Assembly (NCBI GenBank): GCA_965368975.1
Contig: CBDUPA010000015.1
Coordinates: forward strand, 64,001-128,000
Reading direction: 5' to 3'
DNA: 64,000 nt
Origin: an uncultured bacterium
GTDB taxonomy: Bacteria; Acidobacteriota; Thermoanaerobaculia; Multivoradales; JAHZIX01
Below, piece after piece: positions 52,695 through 62,823 of the stretch. Both the position numbers and the translations under genes were made by a program. Every line of letters starts with the position of its first letter. Positions within the stretch are counted from its first letter, which is position 1. Below the pieces are notes generated by a model. It was not told where the DNA came from. It was given only the letters and a program-made list of their open reading frames with translations, and ran no database searches.

Positions 52695-55600
52695 TCACCC
52701 CAGCGCCTCGGGGACGGAAATCCGAGGCTTGGACGCGTCGTCATCGAAGCGGATTCCGAAGAACAGCGAGTACAGCACCGGCACGACACCAAGCGTCAAG
52801 GCGGTGGCGAAGACGAGGCCGAACATGATCGCGACTGCCATCGGTTCCCACATCGGACCACCCCCCAGATAGAGCGGAATGAGACCGCCCAGGGTCGTGA
52901 AGGTCGTGAGCAAGATTGGACGCAGGCGCCGCTGCGCCGAGTCAATGATCGCGGTAGCTGGGTCCATACCACCGGCAATCTCGGTGTCGACACGGTCGAT
53001 CAAGACGATCGCGTTGTTGATCACGATACCGGCCAGCGAGATGACGCCGAGCAAAGTCATGAAACCGAAGCTCGACTGCATCACGAGCAGTCCCACGACG
53101 ACGCCTATCAAACCCAAGGGGATGGTAATCAGGATGATCAAGGGACGGCGAAGGGAATTGAACTGGCCGACCAGCAGCAGGAGGATGATCAGGCCGGCGA
53201 TCGGTAGTTTCTCAGCGATCGATGCGTTCGCCTTGGAAGAGCCTTCCGACTCGCCTCCCAGCTCCCAGCTGGTTCCGCGCGGCCAGGCGGTGCTTTGCTC
53301 CTCGAGCCAGGGCAACAACTGTGCATTGACTTCGGCGGCGGTGACACCCGGTGCCAAGCCGGCCTCGACGGTGACGGTGCGCAGGCGGTTGCGACGACGG
53401 ATGTTGGCGGGCTGCCAGGCAACTTCGATCTCGGCCACCTGGCTCAGGGGCACCGAATGGCCCGTAGCCTGCGCGAAGACGTTGAGCGAGCCTAGCTTGC
53501 TCAGGTCGAGACGGTCCGCGCCGACCGAGCGCAGGGTGACGGGAATGACTTTGTCGCCTTCACGGTACTCGGTGGTTTCGATGCCGGAGAGCAGGGTCTG
53601 CAGGGAGATCGCGATGTCCTGATGGGTAACGCCGGCGGCACGCGCCCGCCGTTCGCGGATATGAACACGCAGCTTCTTCGACCGCGCGCCCCAGTTGTCG
53701 CTGACGCGTCGCGTGCCGGGGATCTCGGCCAATCGCTCCTGTACCTGCGCCACAACTTCGAAGATGACGTCCGAGTCACGGCCGGCGATGCGCACCTCGA
53801 TCGGATTGTCGGTGGGTGCGCCGTTGGACAACGTCGAGATGCGTGCCCTGAGATCCGGGAAGGTCTGGTTGCAGTAGGCCAGCAGACGCTCCTGGGCCAG
53901 GTCCACGAACTCGCGGTCATTGGCGTTGACCAGCAGGATCGCATACTCCGGGCTCGACTGCTCCGGACCGTAGGAGAGCACGAAGCGGGGTGCCCCGGCG
54001 CCGATGAAGGTAGTCCAGTCGGTCACGCCGACCTGTCCCTGCGCGGCCGCCTGCGGGTCGATCAGCAGCTCGTCTTGCAGAAAAGACTCCACCTGATCGA
54101 CGACCTGCTGGGTGGCGGCCAGCGGCGTACCGGTAGGCAGGAACAGTTCCACCTTGAGCAGCGGCTTGTCGTTGGGCGGAAAGAAGATGACCGGCACAAG
54201 ACGGAACAAGGCCATCGCCGCGACGAAGACGACAGCCACCCCAATCAGCGTCAATACCCGATTCCGGAGGGCGAGTTGCAGGAGCCCACGATACGTGCGG
54301 TAGAAGCGGGTATCGTAGGCCGCGTCCCCGCCGGCATCCACTGCCTGGTGCTTCTTCACCTTCAGGAAGGCGACGCACAGTAGCGGAATCATGGTCAGCG
54401 ACAGCACCCATGAGCACAAGAGGGTGATCGTGACGACCTTGAACAGCGGCGCGGTGTACTCGCCGGTGGTCGACTCCGCCAGGTAGATCGGTAGGAAGGC
54501 CGCAGCAGTCGTCAGAGACGAGGTGAGCAGCGGAATGCGCAGTTCGGCAGCCGAATCGATCGCTGCCTGACGCGCACTCTTGCCCTCCCCCATCTGCACC
54601 AGTACCGACTCCGACATGACGATCGCGTTGTCCACCAACATGCCGAGCGCGATGATCAGCGACGCCAATGACATCTGGTCAAGGCCGATGCCAAAGAAGG
54701 ACATCACCAGCAGACTCATGACGATGGCTGATGGGATCAAGCTCGCCACCACCAGCCCCGTGCGCACACCCAGACTGATCAGCATGACGCCAATAACGAT
54801 CAACACCGCCTGCAGCAAGTTGCCGACGAAGTCCTGGATCTTCTTCTCGACCGCAGCCGCTTGATACTGCGCGAAGCTCAGCTCGATACCGTGGGGATAG
54901 GCCGCCTGCAGACGCTCGACCGTCTCGGTGACGGCAAGACCGAGGTCGAGGATATTGCCCCCCTCGCGCATCGACACGGCCAGGACCAGGCCCGGCTCGC
55001 CATTGACACGCACCCTCGTGCGCGGCGGATCGACGTAGCCTCGATAGATGTTGGCGACGTCCTCGAGAAAAATCAGCTGCGCCGGTGACGGCTGCCCTTG
55101 GGCGTTGGCACCCCCACCGAGGTTGATCACGGTGCGCCGCAGATCGTCGACCGACTCGAAGTTGCCGGTCGGCTCGAGCACGATTTTCTCGTTCGGCGTG
55201 CGGATCTCACCGCCTGGGATGATGATGTTACGCGCCTCCAACAGGCTCTGAAGTTGACCGGGCGACAAGCCCAGCTCCGCCAGACGGGCGTTGTTGTACT
55301 CGACAAAGATCCGCTCGTCCTGAGCACCGTGGATCTCGACCTTGGCGACCTGCCCCAACAACAACAGCTCGTCGCGGACTTCGTCGGAAATGTCCTTGAG
55401 TTCGGCGTAGGTATAGCCATCGCCGGTGAGTGCGACCAAAGTGCCGAAGACATCGCCGAACTCATCGTTGACCGTCGGTCCGATGATGCCGGCCGGCAAG
55501 TCCGACGCTACCCTCTCCACCTTGCGGCGCAGCGAGTCCCAGATCGGACGCATGTCGGTGTAGCTCTCCAAGACATTGACCGACAAGATCGACACGCCGG

Positions 55601-55856
55601 TCTTCGACTGGCTGCCGATGAAGTCGAGCTCCGGCATCTCCTGGATCGCCTTCTCCAGCCTGTCGGTAACGAGCTGTTCCACGCGCTCGGGGCTGGCGCC
55701 GGGGAAATGCGTAACGACGGTAGCCGTCCGAATGATGAACCCGGGGTCCTCGGCTCGCGGCAAGCCGGTGTACGCCTGGACGCCAGCCAGCAGCATCACC
55801 ACCAGCGCCACCGCGGTGATCCGATTCTTGTCGATCGCCGTTCGTGTCAAGCTCAT
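52695..55856 (-). CDS. RND-family efflux permease (AcrB/CzcA-like)
   Basis: PGASPERVEQLVT, LGMLVDNAIV, GIVINNAIVL, RLRPILLT; 1053 aa. Confidence 0.95.
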   Translation of the reverse strand: MSLTRTAIDKNRITAVALVVMLLAGVQAYTGLPRAEDPGFIIRTATVVTHFPGASPERVEQLVTDRLEKAIQEMPELDFIGSQSKTGVSILSVNVLESYTDMRPIWDSLRRKVERVASDLPAGIIGPTVNDEFGDVFGTLVALTGDGYTYAELKDISDEVRDELLLLGQVAKVEIHGAQDERIFVEYNNARLAELGLSPGQLQSLLEARNIIIPGGEIRTPNEKIVLEPTGNFESVDDLRRTVINLGGGANAQGQPSPAQLIFLEDVANIYRGYVDPPRTRVRVNGEPGLVLAVSMREGGNILDLGLAVTETVERLQAAYPHGIELSFAQYQAAAVEKKIQDFVGNLLQAVLIVIGVMLISLGVRTGLVVASLIPSAIVMSLLVMSFFGIGLDQMSLASLIIALGMLVDNAIVMSESVLVQMGEGKSARQAAIDSAAELRIPLLTSSLTTAAAFLPIYLAESTTGEYTAPLFKVVTITLLCSWVLSLTMIPLLCVAFLKVKKHQAVDAGGDAAYDTRFYRTYRGLLQLALRNRVLTLIGVAVVFVAAMALFRLVPVIFFPPNDKPLLKVELFLPTGTPLAATQQVVDQVESFLQDELLIDPQAAAQGQVGVTDWTTFIGAGAPRFVLSYGPEQSSPEYAILLVNANDREFVDLAQERLLAYCNQTFPDLRARISTLSNGAPTDNPIEVRIAGRDSDVIFEVVAQVQERLAEIPGTRRVSDNWGARSKKLRVHIRERRARAAGVTHQDIAISLQTLLSGIETTEYREGDKVIPVTLRSVGADRLDLSKLGSLNVFAQATGHSVPLSQVAEIEVAWQPANIRRRNRLRTVTVEAGLAPGVTAAEVNAQLLPWLEEQSTAWPRGTSWELGGESEGSSKANASIAEKLPIAGLIILLLLVGQFNSLRRPLIILITIPLGLIGVVVGLLVMQSSFGFMTLLGVISLAGIVINNAIVLIDRVDTEIAGGMDPATAIIDSAQRRLRPILLTTFTTLGGLIPLYLGGGPMWEPMAVAIMFGLVFATALTLGVVPVLYSLFFGIRFDDDASKPRISVPEALG

Positions 55857-55859
55857 AGG

Positions 55860-57095
55860 TCAGGCTCCGGATTCCAGGACCTTGACCTCCAGCCCATCAC
55901 TCAAGCGACGCACACCGGCAGTGACCAGCAAGTCACCCACCGACAAGCCCTGTTTGATCTCCAGGCCTAGCTGACTGAGTTCACCGACAGTGACGCCTCG
56001 CCGCTCGACGGTACCTGTACCATCACTCCGTGGCTGGAGCAGGAAGACGAACCGTCCCGCTGCATCTTCTCCAACCGAGACCGGCGGCACATGGATGACA
56101 CGCGAGTTCTCGAGGGTCCCTGGCGGGGCCAGCGTCAGACTGACCTCGGCGGCCATACCGGATCGAATCGCGAGCAGTGCCCCCTCCGCGGCCTCCGCGC
56201 CAGTTTGCGACTCCAACTCGACGGTGAGCGGGAAGGTGGTCGCGGAGCCAATCGCGGCGACACCGACCTCGGTAACTCGACCACGGAAACTCTGACCAGG
56301 CAGTGCGTCGAAGCTGACCTCGGCCGCCATACCTGGAGCAATATCGGCAATGGTCACCTCGGGCACCGCTGCCTCGACTTTCAGCTCACCGCTGGCAGTG
56401 AGCAGCAGAATGCCCTGTCCAGCCTGAACGTTCTCATTGGCCTCGACAAAGACCGCTGCCACGGCACCGTCGAGCGGGGCCCGTAGTGTCGTGTAGCCGA
56501 CCTGCTTGCGGGTCAACTCGAGCTGTTTCTCTGCCGCCGCGACTTGGGCGCGCGCGGACTCCGCGTTGGCTCGGCCCGCGTCCAGCTCGCTCTTGGCTGC
56601 GTTGTTGTTCTCGTACAGGCCGCGCACCCGCTCGTAGTCGGCCTCGGCACGGCGGCGGCCGGCTTCGGCCTGCGCCAACGCGGCTTCGGACTGCTGCACT
56701 TGCAACTCGTAGTCCGTGGGGTCTACTCGGGCCAACAGCTGTCCCCGACGCACACGCTGTCCGACATCGACAGGTAGTGACTCGACAGTGCCGTTGACCC
56801 TGAAGCTGAGCTGGGTCTCGATGCCGGAACGAGCAACGCCAGCATAGGTGCGACGCACCTCGGCGCCATCGACCGTGACCGTTTGATAGCGAACCGGGCG
56901 CAGCGGTGGCTCTTGTGCCACTGGCTCCGCACACCCGGTCGTCAGCATCAGGAGTCCGACCAAGAGCCAGGCACCGATTCGAGTGAGACTGGCGAAATCG
57001 AGGGCGGTCACTTCGTATCCAGGCGGACCGAAGTTCTTCGAGCCGGAGTTCCCAGAGCCGGAGTAGAGCGTCGACACCGAAGCGGGGCGGATCAT
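55860..57095 (-). CDS. RND periplasmic adaptor (membrane fusion protein)
   Basis: LSFRVNG, VGQRVRRGQLL, helical hairpin, LRAPLDG, GLSVGD. Confidence 0.92.
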   Translation of the reverse strand: MIRPASVSTLYSGSGNSGSKNFGPPGYEVTALDFASLTRIGAWLLVGLLMLTTGCAEPVAQEPPLRPVRYQTVTVDGAEVRRTYAGVARSGIETQLSFRVNGTVESLPVDVGQRVRRGQLLARVDPTDYELQVQQSEAALAQAEAGRRRAEADYERVRGLYENNNAAKSELDAGRANAESARAQVAAAEKQLELTRKQVGYTTLRAPLDGAVAAVFVEANENVQAGQGILLLTASGELKVEAAVPEVTIADIAPGMAAEVSFDALPGQSFRGRVTEVGVAAIGSATTFPLTVELESQTGAEAAEGALLAIRSGMAAEVSLTLAPPGTLENSRVIHVPPVSVGEDAAGRFVFLLQPRSDGTGTVERRGVTVGELSQLGLEIKQGLSVGDLLVTAGVRRLSDGLEVKVLESGA

Positions 57096-57130
57096 GGTGA
57101 TGGGTCTCCTGCACCTTCTCCCGCGGACAG

Positions 57131-59626
57131 CTAGGGTCCGCCGGGCCTGTCGATGGAGGGTTGCGGTTCAGCTCCGGCCGCGGCATAGAACGAATCGAGA
57201 CGCTGGTACCAGGCGTCGCGCTCCTGGGGACCGAGGAAGAAGTCGAAGTGATTGGAGGCGCGCTCGACTTCGATCAGATCGATGAAGAAGTCGTAGACCG
57301 CGTTGGCGGCCTGGAGATCTGCGTTGAGCGCGGCAGCCTGGGCGTCGAGCAAATCGAGGATGGTCACGGCTCCGCTGGCGTAGGCGTCTACCACCAGTTC
57401 CAGGCTCCGGTGGGCGGCTTCGGCACCCGCGCGCGTCAGCTCGATACCAGCGTAGGAGGCGCCCATGGCATGCATGGCACTGCGCACCCGCTGCTCGATC
57501 TTCTCCGCCACCGACTCTTGCTGACGCTGCAACTGTTCCAGCTGCAGCCTGGCCTGCGCCTGCTCGGCGCGGCGGGCCCCTCCTTCGAACAGCGGCAAGG
57601 AAACGCTGATTCCCAGCGACCAGTTCGTGTCGTCCGCCGGACTCAGACCGGGCAAGCCACCTGCCACGTCCGCACCGGCCCCACCTTTCGCCAGCAGCTC
57701 GCTGAGGCTGAGCTGCGCAGCCACTGAAGGAGCCCAGAAGGCTCGCCTCGCCACCGTCACAGCGCGTTCCTGCGCGGCGATCGCCGCATCTAGCTGCCGT
57801 AACTCAGGAGCTGCGTCCATGGCCTCGCGCACCATGAAGTCGCGGAAGACCCGGAACAGCGCCGGCGTATCGCTATAACCACCAAAGCGCATGCGGCTGC
57901 TGACCAGGAACGGATCTTCGAGATCGACTTCGACGGTGCGGAAAGCTTCTTCTTGCGGCCGATGCAGCAGGCGGTTGACCGCCACTTCAGCTGCCTGCCG
58001 TTCGGCTTGGGCGTCGATCAGGCTCTTGCGATCAGCAGCGATCTGCGTCTGCCAGCGGTAGAGTTCGGCCGGATTGGCAACGCCCAGACGTTGCCGAAGC
58101 TCGGCCGCTTCCAGGTTCGAGCGTGTGACGCGAAGGTTGTTCTTGCGCACCCGCTCGAGGGTACGCGCGCGTAGCAAGTTGAGATACGTGGTCGCCGCCT
58201 CGCGCGCCAAGTCGAGACGCAGCTGCTCGAGTTCCATCTCGCGACTTCGCTGCGTCTCGCGCCGTATCTCGACGTTGCCGCGCGCGCCGTCCGAGTAGAG
58301 CAACTGGCTGATCGTCAAGTCACCACTGACACTACGTTCGGCCTGCGAACCGAAGGATGCCTCGGCGCGGTCCTCGTCGATCACCACGCCGCTGGCACTG
58401 GCCTCGACCTGGGGCAGAAGCTGCGCTCGCGCCACCTCGACGTCATAGGCGCCGACCTCGACACCCAAGCGACCGGCGAGCAGGTCCAAGTTGGCCTCGA
58501 TCGCTTCGCGCACTGCCTGCGGCAGCGACAACTCGCGCACCCCTTCGACCGCGTCCTCATGCAGCAATTCGGCTTCCTGCAACACTTCCCATCGCGGCGA
58601 CACACCGATGGCGCGCGCCGTCGCCATGTTGATCACCAACTCGGAGCGGGTGGCGAAATCGACCGGTAGCGTGCCGGCATCTTCACCCAGCAGGATACGT
58701 TGCAGGTTGAGCGCTACCCGGCGCGCCAACTGCGGGAAGAAGGTGTCGCTGCCACGGGTGGCCAGCAAGCCAAGCTCGACTTCCCGGCGGCCTAGCATCG
58801 AGAAGCTGGGGAGGCGTTTCTCTCGGAGTGCCCGTACCAGACGACCAAAATCGTCTTCGCTGAGCTGAAAGAGCGGAAAGACGATCACCGCGTCGGCGTC
58901 TGCAGGCAAGCGCGCCAGGGCGTCAGACACAGAATCCGCGACAGGCACGTACTCGACGTCGAAGCCACGCTGGCCGATGGTCTGACGCGTCCGAAAGAGC
59001 AGCTCCGGGATCTCTTCGAGCAGCCAACGGTTGGCCAGAATCGCCAGCTTGCGGAAACGCACCACCTGGTAGAAAGTCTCGAGATCGCGCGCCAGACTGT
59101 CCGGCAGCGCCACATAATTGAGGTTTGGTATGCCGCTACCGAGGCCGCCCTCGCTGGCATCAGCGCGTGGCAGCCCCTGCAGCTCAGCGTCGATGACGAT
59201 CGGTGCGATCACCGGTTTGGGAGGATGGCCGTAGCAGCACATGACGTGCGAACCAAGCGGTCCGAAGGCGAGAACGATGTCGACTTCCGGATCGGATAGA
59301 AGCTGCTCGATCGCGGCGCTGACACCGTCGAGGCTCCAGTCCGCGATCAACTGTTTGTCGACTGGAAAGCGTACGTCGAACTCACCAGCGGTCAATGTCC
59401 GTGTCTCGTCACGCACCATCTGGTGGATGCGCTCGTTCTCGCGCCAGGGACCATCGAGGACAATGCCGACGCGTACTACCGGTGATGGCTCGCCCATCCT
59501 ATCTTCAGCGGCCCTATTGTCCGCGGCCCTGTTGTCCGCGGCCCTGTTCTCAGCAGCCAGTGCAGGCAGGCCACCGGCAACCACGACGATCAGCAGGAGT
59601 ACCAGAGTCGGAAGGCCGAGTCTCAC
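57131..59626 (-). CDS. TolC-family outer membrane factor fused to an N-terminal periplasmic substrate-binding-like domain
   Basis: Signal peptide; ~350-aa N-domain (DPEVDIVLAFG...LVINMATARAIG); TolC part LSLPQAVREAIEANLDL, VSLPLFEGG, YASGAVTILDLLDAQ. Confidence 0.85.
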   Translation of the reverse strand: MRLGLPTLVLLLIVVVAGGLPALAAENRAADNRAADNRAAEDRMGEPSPVVRVGIVLDGPWRENERIHQMVRDETRTLTAGEFDVRFPVDKQLIADWSLDGVSAAIEQLLSDPEVDIVLAFGPLGSHVMCCYGHPPKPVIAPIVIDAELQGLPRADASEGGLGSGIPNLNYVALPDSLARDLETFYQVVRFRKLAILANRWLLEEIPELLFRTRQTIGQRGFDVEYVPVADSVSDALARLPADADAVIVFPLFQLSEDDFGRLVRALREKRLPSFSMLGRREVELGLLATRGSDTFFPQLARRVALNLQRILLGEDAGTLPVDFATRSELVINMATARAIGVSPRWEVLQEAELLHEDAVEGVRELSLPQAVREAIEANLDLLAGRLGVEVGAYDVEVARAQLLPQVEASASGVVIDEDRAEASFGSQAERSVSGDLTISQLLYSDGARGNVEIRRETQRSREMELEQLRLDLAREAATTYLNLLRARTLERVRKNNLRVTRSNLEAAELRQRLGVANPAELYRWQTQIAADRKSLIDAQAERQAAEVAVNRLLHRPQEEAFRTVEVDLEDPFLVSSRMRFGGYSDTPALFRVFRDFMVREAMDAAPELRQLDAAIAAQERAVTVARRAFWAPSVAAQLSLSELLAKGGAGADVAGGLPGLSPADDTNWSLGISVSLPLFEGGARRAEQAQARLQLEQLQRQQESVAEKIEQRVRSAMHAMGASYAGIELTRAGAEAAHRSLELVVDAYASGAVTILDLLDAQAAALNADLQAANAVYDFFIDLIEVERASNHFDFFLGPQERDAWYQRLDSFYAAAGAEPQPSIDRPGGP
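59508..59552. repeat. 3 x 15-bp in-frame tandem repeat (ENRAA/DNRAA) after the TolC-fusion signal peptide
   Basis: GCGGCCCTATTGTCC / GCGGCCCTGTTGTCC / GCGGCCCTGTTCTCA. Confidence 0.85.
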
Positions 59627-59636
59627 TCTGCCATTC

Positions 59637-60233
59637 CTACTCGGGCGGGAACTGCTTGAGGATGCGACGCACCGCCTTCGGTACTTTGCGGCGCATGGCC
59701 TCGTAGTCGATGGCGACGTCCGAAATCCAGCCGCTCCACACCAACTTGTTGGACTCGGCGTCGATGATGTCGATCACCAGCGTGCCCTCCTTGTATGAAC
59801 GCACCTGGGTGCCGCCGGTGTCCGACCAGGTCACCCAGCTCCCCAGCTCATACTCGCTACCCTGGATCTCGAGCTTGTCTTCGACCACCGCGTAGTAGGT
59901 GACGTAGAAATCCGGCGTCGCGCCTTCGCCGCGAACTTCGTGCAGACCTTCGCGGCCCAGGCGCTGGTTCACCGCCTCGATGATCTCCAGGTCGGCCGGT
60001 GTATCGGCGGGCGGGAAGCGCACTTCTTGCAGGCGCCAGGCGTAGGTCTGGTAGCCCGAAAAATCCGCTTCCGGATCATGCTTCGACTCCGCCTTGGCCG
60101 CCGACAAGGGCACCGCCACCGACACGAAGAGCCCGAGGAGGACCAGGATCGAGGCGAGGAATACGGAGGAATGGGAACGTGGCGAAATGGGCACGGTGGG
60201 GTCTCCTTGCATGTCGGAGCCTGCTTGCCGCAC
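59637..60233 (-). CDS. DUF4136-like exported protein
   Basis: DFSGYQTYAW, YKEGTLVIDIIDA...LVWSG, C-terminal FPP; start uncertain. Confidence 0.75.
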   Translation of the reverse strand: MRQAGSDMQGDPTVPISPRSHSSVFLASILVLLGLFVSVAVPLSAAKAESKHDPEADFSGYQTYAWRLQEVRFPPADTPADLEIIEAVNQRLGREGLHEVRGEGATPDFYVTYYAVVEDKLEIQGSEYELGSWVTWSDTGGTQVRSYKEGTLVIDIIDAESNKLVWSGWISDVAIDYEAMRRKVPKAVRRILKQFPPE

Positions 60234-60324
60234 AGGATCTCCTCGTATCTAGCCGGGCACTCGTCAACAGGCCGCGCAGATGGCTCTTTTCAGTATAGCG
60301 CTCAAAGCCGCCGCGCGTCTTGCT

Positions 60325-62823
60325 TCAAGACTTGTCATCGAACAGGCGTTCGGCCAAGAGTTGCAGCGGGAAGCGTTGCAGACTGCCGGTCGCCACCGCG
60401 CGCTCGCTGTAGGAGCCAACGTCGTCTGGCGGCTCCGCGCCTGCTCCGGCGGCAGGCGAACGCCAGACCAACACCGGCACAGGATCGGCAGCGTGCTGTC
60501 CGCTCTCGGACAGAGTCGCGTGATCTGCCGCGACGGCGAGCACGAACGGGCGTGCCTTCTCTTCCATTCGTTGCAAGAAGGCCGCAAGTGAACCATCCAG
60601 GCGTTCCAGGAACTCGACCTTGAGATCCGGACGGCGGTCGTGGGCGGCGATGTCGGCGCCCTTGAAGTGCAAGACGACCAGATCGCGCTCACGTAGAGAG
60701 GAACTGGCAGCGGCGAACTTGGCGTCGAGGTCGGTATCCAGGTTGGCGGTCATGACTTTGGTACTGATCGTGTCGGCGCCCAACCACGAGGCGATGCCGA
60801 GCAGCGTGCGATCACCGCTGATGCAGGTGACACGCAGTGGCAAGCCCTCGTGTTCGAGCGGTCCAACGCGGTGAAAGCGGCCGGCGCCGCGACTGATCAC
60901 CGTGTTGGCCGGCAGCTCCCCCTGGTCGAGCCGGCGCTGGTTTGCGGGATGCTCGACCAACACTTGACGAGCCTGCTGCTCGAAGACGGCGAGCAGGCGC
61001 GCGGTGCGCACCGCCGCCTCGTCGTTGGAGTCGATCGGCCGCGGGGCCAGCGGCGGTCCCGGCGCCGCACCGTCGCCGGGGTCACTGCCATAGATCGACG
61101 ACGACAGCCCAGGCCCGCGCAGCACCAGCGCCAGCCGGTGCTCCGTACCAGCACGCACGTGTACGGTGACAGCATCGTCGGGATCCAGCGTCATGCCATC
61201 GAGTGCTGATGCCAGTTCCGCAGCCTGCTCACGAATGCGGCCGGCACGGCGGTCGACCAGCACGCCGTGCTCGTCGATGGTGGCGAAGTTGGCGCGCAGC
61301 GCGATATCGCCCGGCTCCAGCTCCAGGCCAGCTCCCAAGGCTTCGACCGGGCCACGCTTGAGTGCCAGCGGCGAACGGCCGAAAAGCGCCAGCGAACCAG
61401 CGGCGGTGTCAGGCACGACGCCGGGGGCCACCGGATCGGCGAGCCCGCAGCGCCCCTCTTGTGCCAGGCGGTCGAGAGTCGGCGTCTCGGCAGCTTCGAG
61501 CGGCGTGCGGCCACCGAGTGCGCGCACCGGGTGGTCGGGCAGCCCGTCGATGATCGTCAACAGGGCCGGTACCGGCTGCTTGCCGCGCGGCTGCCAGCGG
61601 CTGACGGCTGGCACCTTGCGCTGTAGCAGATCGACCACCAGGCGGGTGCCGCGACCCACCAAGTCGCGCAGGTCCGAGGTGTCGAGCAGGGGAACGTCGT
61701 AGTTCTCGGCCTGGTGTAGTAAGTGGTCCTGGACGGCACGGATGGCACGAAAGTTCTCCAGGTAGTGATCAGCGCGCCGCGATCCGAGCAAGCCGCGATT
61801 GAGGAAGCGGTCGCGGTGCGCGTCCTCGTCCATCAGGGTCAGCGCGAAGGGAATCTGGAATGCGGCGCCCTCCAGATCGGCGAAGGGCACCAGTGGCGGC
61901 ATCAGGTGCACACCCTCGACCAGAATGTTGACGTTCTCGGCCACCGAGCGCTCCACCACCGCACGGACGCCTACGAGCACGCGCGTCGCTTGCTCGTAAA
62001 AAGCGTGCAGCACCCGCCGTTCGAAGGTGTCTTCGCCGTCCAGGCCGGTCAGCTCCGCCAGACCGGCGACCTCGCCCGCCGGGGCCTGTTCGAAGCTGGA
62101 GCGATGTAAGGCCGGCAGCATGGTGGACGAGAAGACCATGCGCATCACCTGCCGAATGGTGTCGGTCGAATTGACCCGGTAGATACGCAGCAGCGGCGCC
62201 AGCTCGAGTGCCAGTGTCGACTTGCCAGCGCCGCTGGCACCGGCAAGGTAGACCACAACCGGCCGTGGTAACCGACGCATGGTGCGCAGCACGCGGTAGC
62301 GACCGGCGGTATCTGCATCGACGTAGCGCTCCAACACTTCGCCGACGCGACTCGCCAGCTCCATGCTGTCGAGCGTGCGCACGCGTTCCTTGCGCAGGCG
62401 CTGCTGGACACGCCCGACCAGGCGGTAGGCACGATCAAGATCGACGCCAGCAGCGTAGATGCTGGTCGCCAATAGACCGCGCGAGAACGGCTGCGGCGGT
62501 CCTCCGCGGTAGGTCACCGTCAGCTCGGGCGTACGGCGTACCGGACGCCGCAGCTGCGCCGCAGCTTCGGGCCCGAGCATAGCGGTCAACTCCTCGCGCG
62601 CCAGACCCATCAACTCGCGAACCTGGATCTGCTCGCGCTCGGCCAGCCGATCGCGCAGCGCGTGCGCCACCGCGTAGGCATCCTCGAAGCTCAGGCCGCG
62701 CTGGACCAGTCCATGCGTCATCATGCCGCGCAGATACGGCGTCTGCTTACCGGCGGCGTCGATCACGTACGTAGTGCCCTTGCGCTTCGCCTTGATGTCG
62801 CCCTTGTCGCTCCTGGTTCCCAT
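60325..62823 (-). CDS. Fusion of 2-phosphoglycerate kinase-like (ATP-cone + P-loop) and ApgM-type cofactor-independent phosphoglycerate mutase domains
   Basis: PYLRGMM and PFSRGLL ATP-cone-like repeats, GASGAGKST, STDTIRQVMR, VEGVHL; then IIDGLPD, TPLEAAETP, DRRAGRI, DIAAHD, ADHAT, HAADPVP. Confidence 0.82.
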   Translation of the reverse strand: MGTRSDKGDIKAKRKGTTYVIDAAGKQTPYLRGMMTHGLVQRGLSFEDAYAVAHALRDRLAEREQIQVRELMGLAREELTAMLGPEAAAQLRRPVRRTPELTVTYRGGPPQPFSRGLLATSIYAAGVDLDRAYRLVGRVQQRLRKERVRTLDSMELASRVGEVLERYVDADTAGRYRVLRTMRRLPRPVVVYLAGASGAGKSTLALELAPLLRIYRVNSTDTIRQVMRMVFSSTMLPALHRSSFEQAPAGEVAGLAELTGLDGEDTFERRVLHAFYEQATRVLVGVRAVVERSVAENVNILVEGVHLMPPLVPFADLEGAAFQIPFALTLMDEDAHRDRFLNRGLLGSRRADHYLENFRAIRAVQDHLLHQAENYDVPLLDTSDLRDLVGRGTRLVVDLLQRKVPAVSRWQPRGKQPVPALLTIIDGLPDHPVRALGGRTPLEAAETPTLDRLAQEGRCGLADPVAPGVVPDTAAGSLALFGRSPLALKRGPVEALGAGLELEPGDIALRANFATIDEHGVLVDRRAGRIREQAAELASALDGMTLDPDDAVTVHVRAGTEHRLALVLRGPGLSSSIYGSDPGDGAAPGPPLAPRPIDSNDEAAVRTARLLAVFEQQARQVLVEHPANQRRLDQGELPANTVISRGAGRFHRVGPLEHEGLPLRVTCISGDRTLLGIASWLGADTISTKVMTANLDTDLDAKFAAASSSLRERDLVVLHFKGADIAAHDRRPDLKVEFLERLDGSLAAFLQRMEEKARPFVLAVAADHATLSESGQHAADPVPVLVWRSPAAGAGAEPPDDVGSYSERAVATGSLQRFPLQLLAERLFDDKS

